From assembly GCA_009774055.1 (NCBI GenBank), contig VSNB01000001.1:1-49735 (forward strand): 49,735 nucleotides of DNA, in the 5' to 3' direction. Origin of the DNA: Clostridiales bacterium. GTDB taxonomy: Bacteria > Bacillota > Clostridia > Oscillospirales > Oscillospiraceae. This document shows positions 27,137 through 35,763 of this stretch, one piece after another (the stretch's first letter is position 1; each line of letters starts with the position of its first letter). Position numbers and translations under genes: made by a program. Below the pieces are notes generated by a model. That model was not told where the DNA came from, did no database searches, and worked only from the letters and a program-made list of their open reading frames with translations.

Positions 27137-28021
27137 ATGGGTGAAAAGACGATGAGAAAATTAGCCAAGCCGATGCTGTTTCTGGCGGCGTTCATCTGGG
27201 GCAGCTCCTTCTTTATTATGAAGGACGCTCTGGACCAGCTGCCGGTACAGTACCTGCTGGCCATCCGGTTTACCGCCGGCGCGGCGCTGCTGGGGCTCCT
27301 CTGCTGGAAAAAATGGCGGACATTCACGCCGGACTACCTCTGGCGGGGAGCCGTCATCGGCGGGATGCTGTATACGGCCTACGCCATCCAGACCTACGGC
27401 CTGGCGCTGACCACGCCGTCCAAGAACGCCTTCCTGACGGCGGTATACTGCGTTTTGGTGCCGTTTCTGTACTGGGCCTTCGCCCGCGTCAGGCCGGACC
27501 GATACAACGTACTGGCGGCGCTGCTGTGCGTAACGGGAGTTGGCCTGGTCAGCCTCACCGGCGATCTGACGGTGAATCCCGGGGACGGCCTGACCCTGCT
27601 GTGCGCGATTTTTTATGCCATGCACATTGTATCGGTGGCCAAGGTGTCGCCGGGGAAGGACATCTACCTGCTGACGGTGTTCCAGTTTGCCTTCGCGGGG
27701 CTGTTTGCCTGGATCGGCGGGGCCCTGACGGAGGCTTTCCCCGCCCCGGCGCTGACGAAGCCGGAGGTCCTGCTGCCCCTGGCCTACCTGGCGGTGATGG
27801 CCACCACAGTGGCGCTGCTGTTCCAGAACGTGGGCCAGGTGTGGTCTGACCCGGCATCGGCATCGGTGATTCTGTCGCTGGAATCGGTATTCGGCGTACT
27901 GTGCTCGGTGCTGTTTGCCGGAGATCAGGTAAGCGGCCGGATGCTGGCGGGATTTGCGCTGATTTTCGTGGCGGTGGTCTGCAGCGAGACGAAGTTTTCC
28001 TTTTTGCGGAAAAATTCATGA
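27137..28021 (+). CDS. EamA/DMT-family transporter
   Basis: 10-TM profile with duplicated EamA-like halves (WGSSFFIMK...). Confidence 0.85.
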   Translation: MGEKTMRKLAKPMLFLAAFIWGSSFFIMKDALDQLPVQYLLAIRFTAGAALLGLLCWKKWRTFTPDYLWRGAVIGGMLYTAYAIQTYGLALTTPSKNAFLTAVYCVLVPFLYWAFARVRPDRYNVLAALLCVTGVGLVSLTGDLTVNPGDGLTLLCAIFYAMHIVSVAKVSPGKDIYLLTVFQFAFAGLFAWIGGALTEAFPAPALTKPEVLLPLAYLAVMATTVALLFQNVGQVWSDPASASVILSLESVFGVLCSVLFAGDQVSGRMLAGFALIFVAVVCSETKFSFLRKNS

Positions 28022-28085
28022 AATCTTGATGAATCCGCTCCGGTTTTCTGCTATAGTCCTGTAAAGCGGCAAGGACGCGGGCACG

Positions 28086-28122
28086 AAAAGGCGGCCGGCC
28101 GGTTTTCCGGTCAGCCGCCCTT
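28086..28122 (-). terminator. Terminator-like hairpin after the zinc-ribbon membrane protein gene
   Basis: AAGGGCGGC...GCCGCCTTT outer stem with an inner CCGG-AAAA-CCGG, followed by TTTTCG on the minus-strand transcript. Confidence 0.5.
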
Positions 28123-28134
28123 GAATACAGCTTC

Positions 28135-29349
28135 TTAGATGCCGTGCTGGTAGTTGTACGCGCCGCACAGGGAGTTGGTGTTCTTGATGATGATGTGCAT
28201 GGCCACAAAGGGTCCGATGCCGCACAGCAGCGCGCCAATGAACTGCCACAGCAGAACGGTGGTCCCGTTCTCCTGGAAGGCCAGGCCGTACCGGGGGGCG
28301 TTGGCCGCCAGCCGGTTGCCCAGGGCGTAGTACCAATAGAGGCTGTAGAAACCGCAGGTGATGAAGCTCAGCAGAATCAGCTTCAGGAGGCCCGCCGTGG
28401 ACCTGCCGTCCCCGGCGCAGGCCGCATTGACATCGCGGGCCAGGGCGTAGATGAAATACCAGCTGTAAATACCGCAGGTAAGGAAGTTCAGCAGGATGTA
28501 CGCGATGAGGCTGCGGTCTGCCTTCAGACGGAAGGGGGCGTAGCCCGGGGGAGGCGGAGGTGTCTGCTGATACTGGGGGCCGCCGGGGCCGGGCTGCTGA
28601 TATTGGTTATACTGGTTGTATTGAGCCTGCTGGGCGGCATACTGCGCCTGCTGCTGGGCGGCGCGGGCTTCCCGCTCGGCCTTGGCGTTCTGCGCGGCCT
28701 GGGATGCCTGGGCTCCCACCTCGCCGGCGGTTTCCCGGAAGGAGTTCATCGCCTCCCGGACATCCGCCTGCAGGTCCTCCATGCTCTTGCCAATGATGGG
28801 GAACTCGCCCAGCAGAAAACGCTCAATGGCGTAAATGCCGCCCAGAGCCGCGGCCACGCCCAGGATCGCCAGCACAAAGCCGCCAAAATAAGTGCCGATG
28901 CCGCCGGGGTAGATGACGATGCTCACGATCATGCTCAGCAGCTGGACCGCCAGATATCCCGCACTGGAAATTGCCAGACATACCAGCAGGCCGTCGGAGT
29001 TCCGGCTGGTCCGCTTAAAGGCGGTCAGCGCACAGACAATCGCCATCAGGACCAGCATAACGGCGGTCAGCCCGTTGAGTCCCACTATGCGGATAGTGCC
29101 GAATATGCCGGCCCAGCCGATATGGAAGAGCCCGCCCAGCGCGGCAAACAGCGAGCGAAGCGCCAATCCGCCGCACACGGCCATACAGATGGCGGCAAAG
29201 ATGGTCAGGACAATGCCGTTCCCGGCGTCGCCGCCGGCCGGCGGAGGCGTCACGGGTGAATTGGGCGCGTCCTGCTCCTGCCTTGCGCCGCAGGAGGCGC
29301 AGAAGACCGCTCCCGGCGCAACGTCCGCGCCGCATTTCCAACATTTCAT
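28135..29349 (-). CDS. Zinc-ribbon / multi-TM / Gln-rich / DUF4234-like membrane protein
   Basis: N-terminal CWKCG...CASCG zinc ribbon, TM block, a QQQAQYAAQQAQYNQYNQYQQ low-complexity region, and two C-terminal FLTCGIYSWY / FITCGFYSLYWYY repeats typical of DUF4234 (from memory). Confidence 0.7.
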   Translation of the reverse strand: MKCWKCGADVAPGAVFCASCGARQEQDAPNSPVTPPPAGGDAGNGIVLTIFAAICMAVCGGLALRSLFAALGGLFHIGWAGIFGTIRIVGLNGLTAVMLVLMAIVCALTAFKRTSRNSDGLLVCLAISSAGYLAVQLLSMIVSIVIYPGGIGTYFGGFVLAILGVAAALGGIYAIERFLLGEFPIIGKSMEDLQADVREAMNSFRETAGEVGAQASQAAQNAKAEREARAAQQQAQYAAQQAQYNQYNQYQQPGPGGPQYQQTPPPPPGYAPFRLKADRSLIAYILLNFLTCGIYSWYFIYALARDVNAACAGDGRSTAGLLKLILLSFITCGFYSLYWYYALGNRLAANAPRYGLAFQENGTTVLLWQFIGALLCGIGPFVAMHIIIKNTNSLCGAYNYQHGI

Positions 29350-29366
29350 ACTTTTTCTCCCTTCAT

Positions 29367-29768
29367 TTATGATCTGTCCGCCGCTAAGGCTCCGGAAACC
29401 AGTCGGCCGATCAGGCCCTCGGTAGGCTGAAAGACCACAATCTCATTCCCGGGCGAAAAAAGGCGGATCAGATATACACTGAAAAATAACACGCAAACAA
29501 GACTGATGCCCCAGCGGAAGAGCCGCTCCGGCAGTTTCCTCCGCAGGAGCAGCAGCGCCGCCGCCGGAACCGGCAGCCAGAACAGGGGGTGGAAGGCGAA
29601 CGCTCCCGCCAGGTCCAGCCGCAGCAGGGACAGCCAGGCCCGGCTCATGCCGCAGCCGGCGCAGGAAATCCCGGTGAGAAACAGGATGGGGCAGGTCACG
29701 CCCAAAGACTCAATAACGATGTAGAAAAGGGCCACCGCCGCCAATGCCTGGATATCTTTTGTATGCAT
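29367..29768 (-). CDS. DUF2752-like small membrane protein
   Basis: CPILFLTGISCAGCGMSRA motif followed by TM helices. Confidence 0.7.
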   Translation of the reverse strand: MHTKDIQALAAVALFYIVIESLGVTCPILFLTGISCAGCGMSRAWLSLLRLDLAGAFAFHPLFWLPVPAAALLLLRRKLPERLFRWGISLVCVLFFSVYLIRLFSPGNEIVVFQPTEGLIGRLVSGALAADRS

Positions 29769-29992
29769 CTGCGCGCTCCTCTCCCGCTCCTCGTCCTATC
29801 CGGCGGTTACCTTCCTATGCTACCATCTTCGCCCCTGGTTTGCAAGAGGAAATTTCCCCTTTTTTGACAGATTCAGCGGTCTGCCGCCGGATGCCTGCGG
29901 AGAAGCTCTGTTTGTTTTCATGGACAAGCCGGGAAATATATGCTATACTGTTCCACATCATAGAAATTGTGCGGATCAGAAAGGAGGCGCCT

Positions 29993-30715
29993 ATGCGGAT
30001 CAACGTGCTGGGCGTAGGCTTTGACAATATTACCATGGACCAGGCGGTGGCCGAGGGCATCCGCCTGATGTCCACCGAGGGGCCCCACTACGTGGCGACC
30101 CCCAACCCGGAGATTGTTGAGATCTGCCGGGAGGACCCCGAGGCCCGGGAGGCCGTCAACGGCGCGGACCTGGTGCTGGCCGACGGCATCGGGGTCATCT
30201 ACGGTGCGAAGATGCTGAAAACACCCTTGAAGGGCCGGGTTACCGGCATCGGCTTCGCCCAGGGGCTCATGGCCCGGATGGCGGAGAGCGGGAAATCCCT
30301 GTTCCTCCTGGGGGCCAGACCCGGCGTGGCGGAAAAGGCGGCGGAGAATCTCCAGCGCCAGTACCCCGGCCTGAAGATCGCCGGCGTCCATGACGGCTAT
30401 TTCCAGGAGGACGGCCCGGTAATCGAGGCCATCCGCTCCAGCGGAGCGGACGCCGCCTTTGTCTGCCTGGGGGCCCCCAAGCAGGAGAAGTGGATGCGGA
30501 AAAACGGCGCGGCGACCGGCGCGCGCCTCCTGGTGGGCCTGGGGGGATGCCTGGATGTGTTCTCCGGCGAGGTCCAGCGGGCCCCGGAGGCATTTCAGAG
30601 GCTGGGTCTGGAGTGGCTCCACCGGCTGGCGAAAAATCCCAGCCGTATCGGGCGGATGATGAAGCTGCCCCTCTTCCTGGTCCACGTGGCGGGGGAAAAG
30701 GGGAAGAAGCCATGA
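29993..30715 (+). CDS. WecG/TagA/CpsF-family glycosyltransferase
   Basis: Start at MRINVLGVGFDN behind AAAGGAGG. Family-typical TPNPEI, GADLVLADGIG and GAPKQEKW blocks. Confidence 0.85.
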   Translation: MRINVLGVGFDNITMDQAVAEGIRLMSTEGPHYVATPNPEIVEICREDPEAREAVNGADLVLADGIGVIYGAKMLKTPLKGRVTGIGFAQGLMARMAESGKSLFLLGARPGVAEKAAENLQRQYPGLKIAGVHDGYFQEDGPVIEAIRSSGADAAFVCLGAPKQEKWMRKNGAATGARLLVGLGGCLDVFSGEVQRAPEAFQRLGLEWLHRLAKNPSRIGRMMKLPLFLVHVAGEKGKKP

Positions 30716-31383
30716 GCGGAAAGCTGATCGTTCTGGAGGGCGGCGACGGCACAGGCAAGACCACCCAGGTCCGCCTTATGGCCCAGCGTCTGGAACGGGA
30801 GGGCGTCCCCTTCCGGCAGGTGAAGTTTCCCCGGTACGGCAGTCCCTTCGCCGCGCCGGTGGAGCGGTATCTGCAGGGGGATCTGGGGACAAGGCCCGGG
30901 GACGTGAGCGCCTATGCCGCCTCCACCCTGTACGCCGTGGACCGCTACGCCTCCTACCAGCAGGAGTGGCGGGAGGACTACGAGGGCGGGACACTGATCC
31001 TGGCCGACCGCTACACCACGTCCAACGCCGTTCATCAGGCCCCCAAGCTGCCTGAGGAGGAGCGGTGGGCCTATCTGAACTGGCTGTTCGATCTGGAATA
31101 CAACCGTCTGGCCCTGCCGGAGCCGGACCTGATGATCTATCTGGACCTGCCCGCAGAGCTCTCCGCCCAGATGCTCCGCCGCAGGCAGGAGGCCACCCAC
31201 ACCCAGGCGGACATCCACGAGCGAGACGAGGCCTACCTCCGCGCCTGCCGGGAGAGCGCCCGGGAGATCGCCCAGCGGCTGGGCTGGCGCCGGGTGGACT
31301 GCTCCCGGGACGGAGCCCTCCGTACTCCCGAGGATATTCACTGCCAGCTGTGGGAGCTGGTCCGCCCCCTGGCAGAGGGATAA
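30712..31383 (+). CDS. tmk: Thymidylate kinase
   Basis: Start overlaps the upstream stop (ATGA). P-loop LEGGDGTGKTT, and the DRY motif in LILADRYTTSN. Confidence 0.9.
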   Translation: MSGKLIVLEGGDGTGKTTQVRLMAQRLEREGVPFRQVKFPRYGSPFAAPVERYLQGDLGTRPGDVSAYAASTLYAVDRYASYQQEWREDYEGGTLILADRYTTSNAVHQAPKLPEEERWAYLNWLFDLEYNRLALPEPDLMIYLDLPAELSAQMLRRRQEATHTQADIHERDEAYLRACRESAREIAQRLGWRRVDCSRDGALRTPEDIHCQLWELVRPLAEG

Positions 31384-31411
31384 AAAAGAACAGGGGCGCT
31401 TTCGCGCCCCC
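31382..31411 (-). terminator. Terminator of the Cys-rich peptide gene (shared hairpin with tmk)
   Basis: GGGGCGC-GAAA-GCGCCCC on the minus strand, followed by TGTTCTTTTTT. Confidence 0.6.
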
Positions 31412-31433
31412 GTTCCCGCAGGTATGTACCTTC

Positions 31434-31640
31434 TCAGCAGCACCCGCAGCAGCAGTTATTGCAGCAGCACCCGCAGTTGTGATTGCAGCCGCATCCGCAA
31501 TTGTTGTTGTGATTGTTGTCACAGCAGCAACAGCAGCAGTTGCAGCAACCGTTGTTGTTTCCGCTGCCGCAGCAGCAGCACAGCAGGATGACGATCAGGA
31601 CGATCCACAGGCAGCCGCAGTCATTGCCATTGTTCCACAT
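31434..31640 (-). CDS. Cys/Asn/Gly-rich single-TM peptide (68 aa)
   Basis: MWNNGNDCGCLWIVLIVILLCCCCGSGNNNGCCNCCCCCCDNNHNNNCGCGCNHNCGCCCNNCCCGCC. GAGGTG lies 9 nt upstream of ATG 31640, and a terminator lies just downstream. Low-complexity repeat DNA makes the coding call less certain. Confidence 0.6.
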   Translation of the reverse strand: MWNNGNDCGCLWIVLIVILLCCCCGSGNNNGCCNCCCCCCDNNHNNNCGCGCNHNCGCCCNNCCCGCC

Positions 31641-31735
31641 GCTTTGTTTCACCTCACTTATCAAGCTGGAACATCCTATGCCGGAACCGGGGGAAAGGCA
31701 GCTTGACCGGGAAAAATTCGGAGAGAAAAAATAAA

Positions 31736-32797
31736 ATGTTTCATTCCATTACCCTGTGCCTGGATATGAAGGGCTGTCCCAACCGCTGCAGGCACTGCTG
31801 GATGGGCTGGGGCCCCAACAGGGACATGCCCGAGGAGGACCTTGCCGCCGCGGCGGCGGATTTTGCCCCCTTCGCCGAAAGCCTGGAGCTCCACGACTGG
31901 GACCGGGAGCCGGATTACTCGGACCGCTACCGGGAAAGATGGGAACTGTGCCGCCGTCTGTCCGGTCCAAGGCCCCACCCGCCCCACTTTGAGCTTGCCA
32001 GCGTCTGGCGGCTGGTCCGGGATGGGAGCTACGCCCCCTGGCTGGCCGGGCTGGGGGTGGAAGCGGTACAGCTGACCCTCTTCGGCGGCGAGGAAACTAC
32101 CGATTGGTACACCGGACGGAAGGGCGCGTACCGGGAGGTCCTGCGGGCCATTGAGATTCTGCTGCAGAATGGCATCGCGCCCCGCATCCAAGCGTTTGCC
32201 AGCAAGCGCAATCTGTCCGAGCTGTCCCAGGTGGAGGCGCTGATGGAGTCGCTGGACCTGGACCGCCGCTGCCGGGAGATCGGGCGGGAGTTCGCCTGCT
32301 TCGTCCACCAGGGCAGCTGCGACGGGAAAAACATGGCGTTCTACAACGAGTGGGTCACGCCGGAGGACTTGGAGCAGATTCCAGACCGCCTGGCGGCGGG
32401 GACACTAAAGCACTTCCAGGTGAAAACCCTCCTGGATGTATTCGGCCAGACGGAGGGAAATCTGTGCCGCCAGCTGCTGGCGGACGACTCCACAGCCAGC
32501 TATGTGTCCGATGACCCGGTCTTTTTCATTGACAGCGGCTATGACGTCTACCCCAACATCAGCACCCCCTCCTCCCTATGGCGGCTGGGGAACTGGAAAA
32601 GGGACGGGGCCAGGGCCGTGCTGGACGCCTATGCCGCCAGCCGCTCTCCTGCCCAGCATGCCCGTTTGACCGTGCCGCTAAGCCAGATGGCCCGGTCCTG
32701 CGGAGCCCTGGACAGCCGCAGGCTCTTCGGCCAGGAGGACTATATTACGCTTTTACTGTACCGGCATTGCGCCGCATCCGGCGCCTTAACCCATTGA
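31736..32797 (+). CDS. Radical SAM domain protein
   Basis: Start at MFHSITL. CxxxCxxC cluster CPNRCRHC at the N-terminus. No obvious SPASM-type C-terminal Cys cluster. Confidence 0.8.
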   Translation: MFHSITLCLDMKGCPNRCRHCWMGWGPNRDMPEEDLAAAAADFAPFAESLELHDWDREPDYSDRYRERWELCRRLSGPRPHPPHFELASVWRLVRDGSYAPWLAGLGVEAVQLTLFGGEETTDWYTGRKGAYREVLRAIEILLQNGIAPRIQAFASKRNLSELSQVEALMESLDLDRRCREIGREFACFVHQGSCDGKNMAFYNEWVTPEDLEQIPDRLAAGTLKHFQVKTLLDVFGQTEGNLCRQLLADDSTASYVSDDPVFFIDSGYDVYPNISTPSSLWRLGNWKRDGARAVLDAYAASRSPAQHARLTVPLSQMARSCGALDSRRLFGQEDYITLLLYRHCAASGALTH

Positions 32798-32816
32798 TAA
32801 GGAAGGATATAACTCC

Positions 32817-34088
32817 ATGAACCAGGACGACCGCTATAGAACCACCAGCTGGGACGGCGACGAGGTAGCCCGTCAGACCGGCGAGTCCGTCCGTTCCGCC
32901 GGAGAAGGCGGGGCGCATGCCGCGTCCCGTCCCGCCGGGAACGGAAAGAAACGGAAAAAACGGAAGAAAAAGCGCACCAACCCCCTGCTGGCCATTCTCC
33001 TGTGGCTGGCCATCGTAGGGACTTCCTCCGCCATCTTCGCGGCGGTAGGCTGGATGCTGGCGAACGACTTCGCGGCCTTGAACAAGCCCCTGAAGGAGGT
33101 CAGCTTCCAGGTTACCGAGGACTTTGTCGACCGCGTGGAGAAGGAGAAGCAGGAGGACGGCTCCACAAAGGAGGTCACCCACTACGACATGAAGAAAGTG
33201 TCCGCATCGCTGAAGGAGCAGGGACTCATCGAGTACGACTGGTTCTTCCGCCTGTTCGCCTGGTTCAGCCACGCGGATACCAAGCTGACGACTGGCACTT
33301 TCGTGCTCAGTACGGAGATGGACTATATGGCCCTGATCCGGAGCATGCGCACCAGCGGCGGCAAGACGGAGACGGTGACGGTCACCATTCCGGAGGGCTA
33401 TACGGTCCGGCAGATCATCGACCTGCTGGCGGAGAAGCAGGTCGGGTCTGTAGAGGACCTGACGGAAACCGCCGCCAACTACGTCTTTGAGGACTACGCC
33501 TTCCTGGACAACGAAAACCTGGGGGACCCCACCCGCCTGGAGGGCTATCTGTTCCCGGACACCTATGATTTCTACGTAGGGGCCCGGACGGAGCTGGCCT
33601 TCGCCTCCATGCTGAATAACTTCCAGAAGAAAGTCTACACCAACGAGGATCTGAGCGATCTGTTCGAGAACTCCGCCTACAGCGAGCGGGAGATTCTCAT
33701 CATGGCCTCCCTCATCGAGCGGGAAACCGACGGCACGGACCGCAGAAACATTTCCTCCGTCATCCACAACCGTCTGGAGAAGGGCGGGGAAACCGGCCGT
33801 CTGCTGCAGATCGACGCATCCCTGGTCTATGCCGCCGGTCGGGCCATCACCCAGGAGGATTACACGACCCTGGACAGCCCCTACAACCTCTACCTCCACG
33901 AGGGCCTGCCCCCCTCGCCCATCGCCAACCCAGGCCTGGCGGCCATCCAGGCGGCTCTGGAGCCGGCGGATACGAACTACTATTTCTACGTCCTCATGGG
34001 CGACAAACACGTATTCAGCGAAACGCTGGCCCAGCACAACCGGAACGTGGCCGCAGCGGCGGAGGCCGCCGCCCAGGCGGAAGAGTAA
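32817..34088 (+). CDS. mltG: Endolytic murein transglycosylase MltG (YceG-like)
   Basis: N-terminal basic region plus a TM, then VTIPEGYTVRQI and ASLIERE catalytic-Glu blocks. Confidence 0.9.
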   Translation: MNQDDRYRTTSWDGDEVARQTGESVRSAGEGGAHAASRPAGNGKKRKKRKKKRTNPLLAILLWLAIVGTSSAIFAAVGWMLANDFAALNKPLKEVSFQVTEDFVDRVEKEKQEDGSTKEVTHYDMKKVSASLKEQGLIEYDWFFRLFAWFSHADTKLTTGTFVLSTEMDYMALIRSMRTSGGKTETVTVTIPEGYTVRQIIDLLAEKQVGSVEDLTETAANYVFEDYAFLDNENLGDPTRLEGYLFPDTYDFYVGARTELAFASMLNNFQKKVYTNEDLSDLFENSAYSEREILIMASLIERETDGTDRRNISSVIHNRLEKGGETGRLLQIDASLVYAAGRAITQEDYTTLDSPYNLYLHEGLPPSPIANPGLAAIQAALEPADTNYYFYVLMGDKHVFSETLAQHNRNVAAAAEAAAQAEE

Positions 34089-34094
34089 GCGGCC

Positions 34095-35324
34095 ATGGGA
34101 GAGAGAATAAAGCCGGAGCTCCTCGCCCCCGCCGGGGACATGGAGCGGCTGCGGATGGCGGTTTTGTACGGCGCGGACGCGGTGTACCTGGCGGGCGAGA
34201 GCTTCGGGATGCGCTCCTTCGCGGGAAACTTTTCCCCCGAGGAGCTGCCCCGGGCGGTGGACTTTGCCCACGCCCATGGCGTGCGGGTCCATGTGACCGT
34301 CAACACCATGCCCCGCTGCGGGGAGATCGAGGCTCTGCCGGCCTGGCTGGAGCTGCTAAGCGACGCGGGCGTGGACGCGCTGATCACGGCGGACCTGGGG
34401 ACCTTCACCCTGACGGGGAAGTACGCCCCCCGGTGCGAGCGTCACGTCTCCACCCAGGTGAGCGTAGCCAATCACGTCTCCGCCCGGGCCTGGTACGAGC
34501 TGGGGGCTAAGCGGGTGATCCTGGCCCGGGAGGTAAGCCTGGAGGAGATCCGGGAGATCCGTGCCAGGACGCCGGCGGAGCTGGAGCTGGAGGCCTTTGT
34601 CCACGGGGCCATGTGCGTCAGCTACAGCGGGCGGTGCCTGCTCTCCAACTATATGACCGGCCGGGACAGCAACCGTGGGGCCTGCGCCCAGCCCTGCCGG
34701 TATCAGTACTACCTCATGGAGGAAAAGCGGCCCGGAGAATATTTCCCCGTCTTTGAGGACGGGAAGGGAACCTACATCATGAATTCCCGGGACATGTGCA
34801 TGATCGACCACGTGGACGACCTCATAGACGCGGGCCTCAGCAGTCTGAAGATTGAAGGCCGGGCGAAGAGCGCCTATTACGCCGCCATTGTTACAGGGGC
34901 TTACCGGCATGTAATCGACGACGTGTTTGCCGGCCGGCCTGTCGATCCCGTCTGGCGGGACGAGGTGGAGAAGGTCAGCCACCGGCACTACGCCACGGGG
35001 TTCTATTACGGCCCGCCGGGGCAGTATTATGAAAATGCCCGGTATGTCCGGGAGTGGCAGGTGGTGGCTCTGGTCACCGCCTGTGACCAGAGCGGGCACG
35101 CTGAGCTGACTCTGCGGAATAAGTTTTCCGAGGGGGATACGCTGGAGGCTGTGGGCCCCGACATGAAGCCGTTTTCCTTCGTGGTGGAGGGGATTGAAGA
35201 TGGGGACGGCGTCCCCGTGGCCGAGCCCAAGACACCGCAGATGGCCCTGCGGGTCAGGCTGCCCAGGCCGGTCCCAGAGTGGAGTATTCTTCGGATTGCT
35301 CGGGACTTGTCTGCAAAATCATAG
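34095..35324 (+). CDS. Peptidase U32 family protein
   Basis: PELLAPAGD...GADAVYLAGESFGMR and EAFVHGAMCVSYSGRCLLS blocks typical of U32. Confidence 0.9.
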   Translation: MGERIKPELLAPAGDMERLRMAVLYGADAVYLAGESFGMRSFAGNFSPEELPRAVDFAHAHGVRVHVTVNTMPRCGEIEALPAWLELLSDAGVDALITADLGTFTLTGKYAPRCERHVSTQVSVANHVSARAWYELGAKRVILAREVSLEEIREIRARTPAELELEAFVHGAMCVSYSGRCLLSNYMTGRDSNRGACAQPCRYQYYLMEEKRPGEYFPVFEDGKGTYIMNSRDMCMIDHVDDLIDAGLSSLKIEGRAKSAYYAAIVTGAYRHVIDDVFAGRPVDPVWRDEVEKVSHRHYATGFYYGPPGQYYENARYVREWQVVALVTACDQSGHAELTLRNKFSEGDTLEAVGPDMKPFSFVVEGIEDGDGVPVAEPKTPQMALRVRLPRPVPEWSILRIARDLSAKS

Positions 35325-35325
35325 G

Positions 35326-35466
35326 CAGTTCTCTTCGCCGCCTTCGGCGGCGAACGGGAGATTCTTCTCGAATTGGCCCGGGGGCTGCGCGCCCCCGGAC
35401 TCCGCGCCTACTTTTGCCCCGCGGCAAAAGTAGGCAAAAACGCGCTTAAACCTACGGTTTAAGAAT
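35326..35466. repeat. Left hairpin array of a composite palindromic element
   Basis: Perfect hairpins at 35335-35355, 35379-35399, 35408-35433 and 35445-35463. The modules are homologous, in inverted orientation, to those at 35764-35934. Confidence 0.75.
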
Positions 35467-35763
35467 CCCTCATTATTACGTGGGGTAATTTGTTTTTGCG
35501 CTTCCACTGCAGTCCGTCCGGTCTGAACCGGACCGGCCCCCATGGATCGGGCGAAGCGTCTACCCGACGATGTTGTCGGCAGACCCTACCGTCTCACACG
35601 GGGGAGCTTCCGAAAAGATCCCCGGGAGATTCAGCATGTATGACGGTAGGCGCCGAAGTGTGCTCGTGGGTAGACGTAGAAATCCGGCACACCAACGAAG
35701 GCATCAAAACAGAACCATCAGGGTACGTCGGAGCGTAAATAATAACCCCCGTAATGGAGGAGG
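35467..35763. other. Core of the composite element: candidate structured ncRNA or MITE-like core (strand unknown)
   Basis: A terminal helix pairs 35467-35485 with 35746-35763. Nested 9-bp helices pair 35557-35565 with 35668-35676 and 35585-35593 with 35642-35650. A local hairpin lies at 35516-35533. No convincing ORF or RBS. Confidence 0.4.

Noticed and set aside
31434-31706. GCA/GTT-type trinucleotide repeat tract considered as a CRISPR-like or purely non-coding microsatellite. Also the overlapping ORFs 31065-31706 +, 30776-31522 - and 31513-31734 +.
   Set aside because: There is no repeat-spacer periodicity. The minus-strand frame has an RBS, a hydrophobic helix and a terminator, so a coding peptide is the better reading. 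The other frames give Ala/Gln homopolymer-like translations without start signals.
31736-32797. Calling the radical SAM protein a RiPP maturase for the Cys-rich peptide
   Set aside because: It has no recognisable SPASM/twitch auxiliary-cluster motif or RRE-like region. The gene is co-directional and tightly spaced with mltG, so it may belong to that operon. I keep the link only as a hypothesis in the findings.
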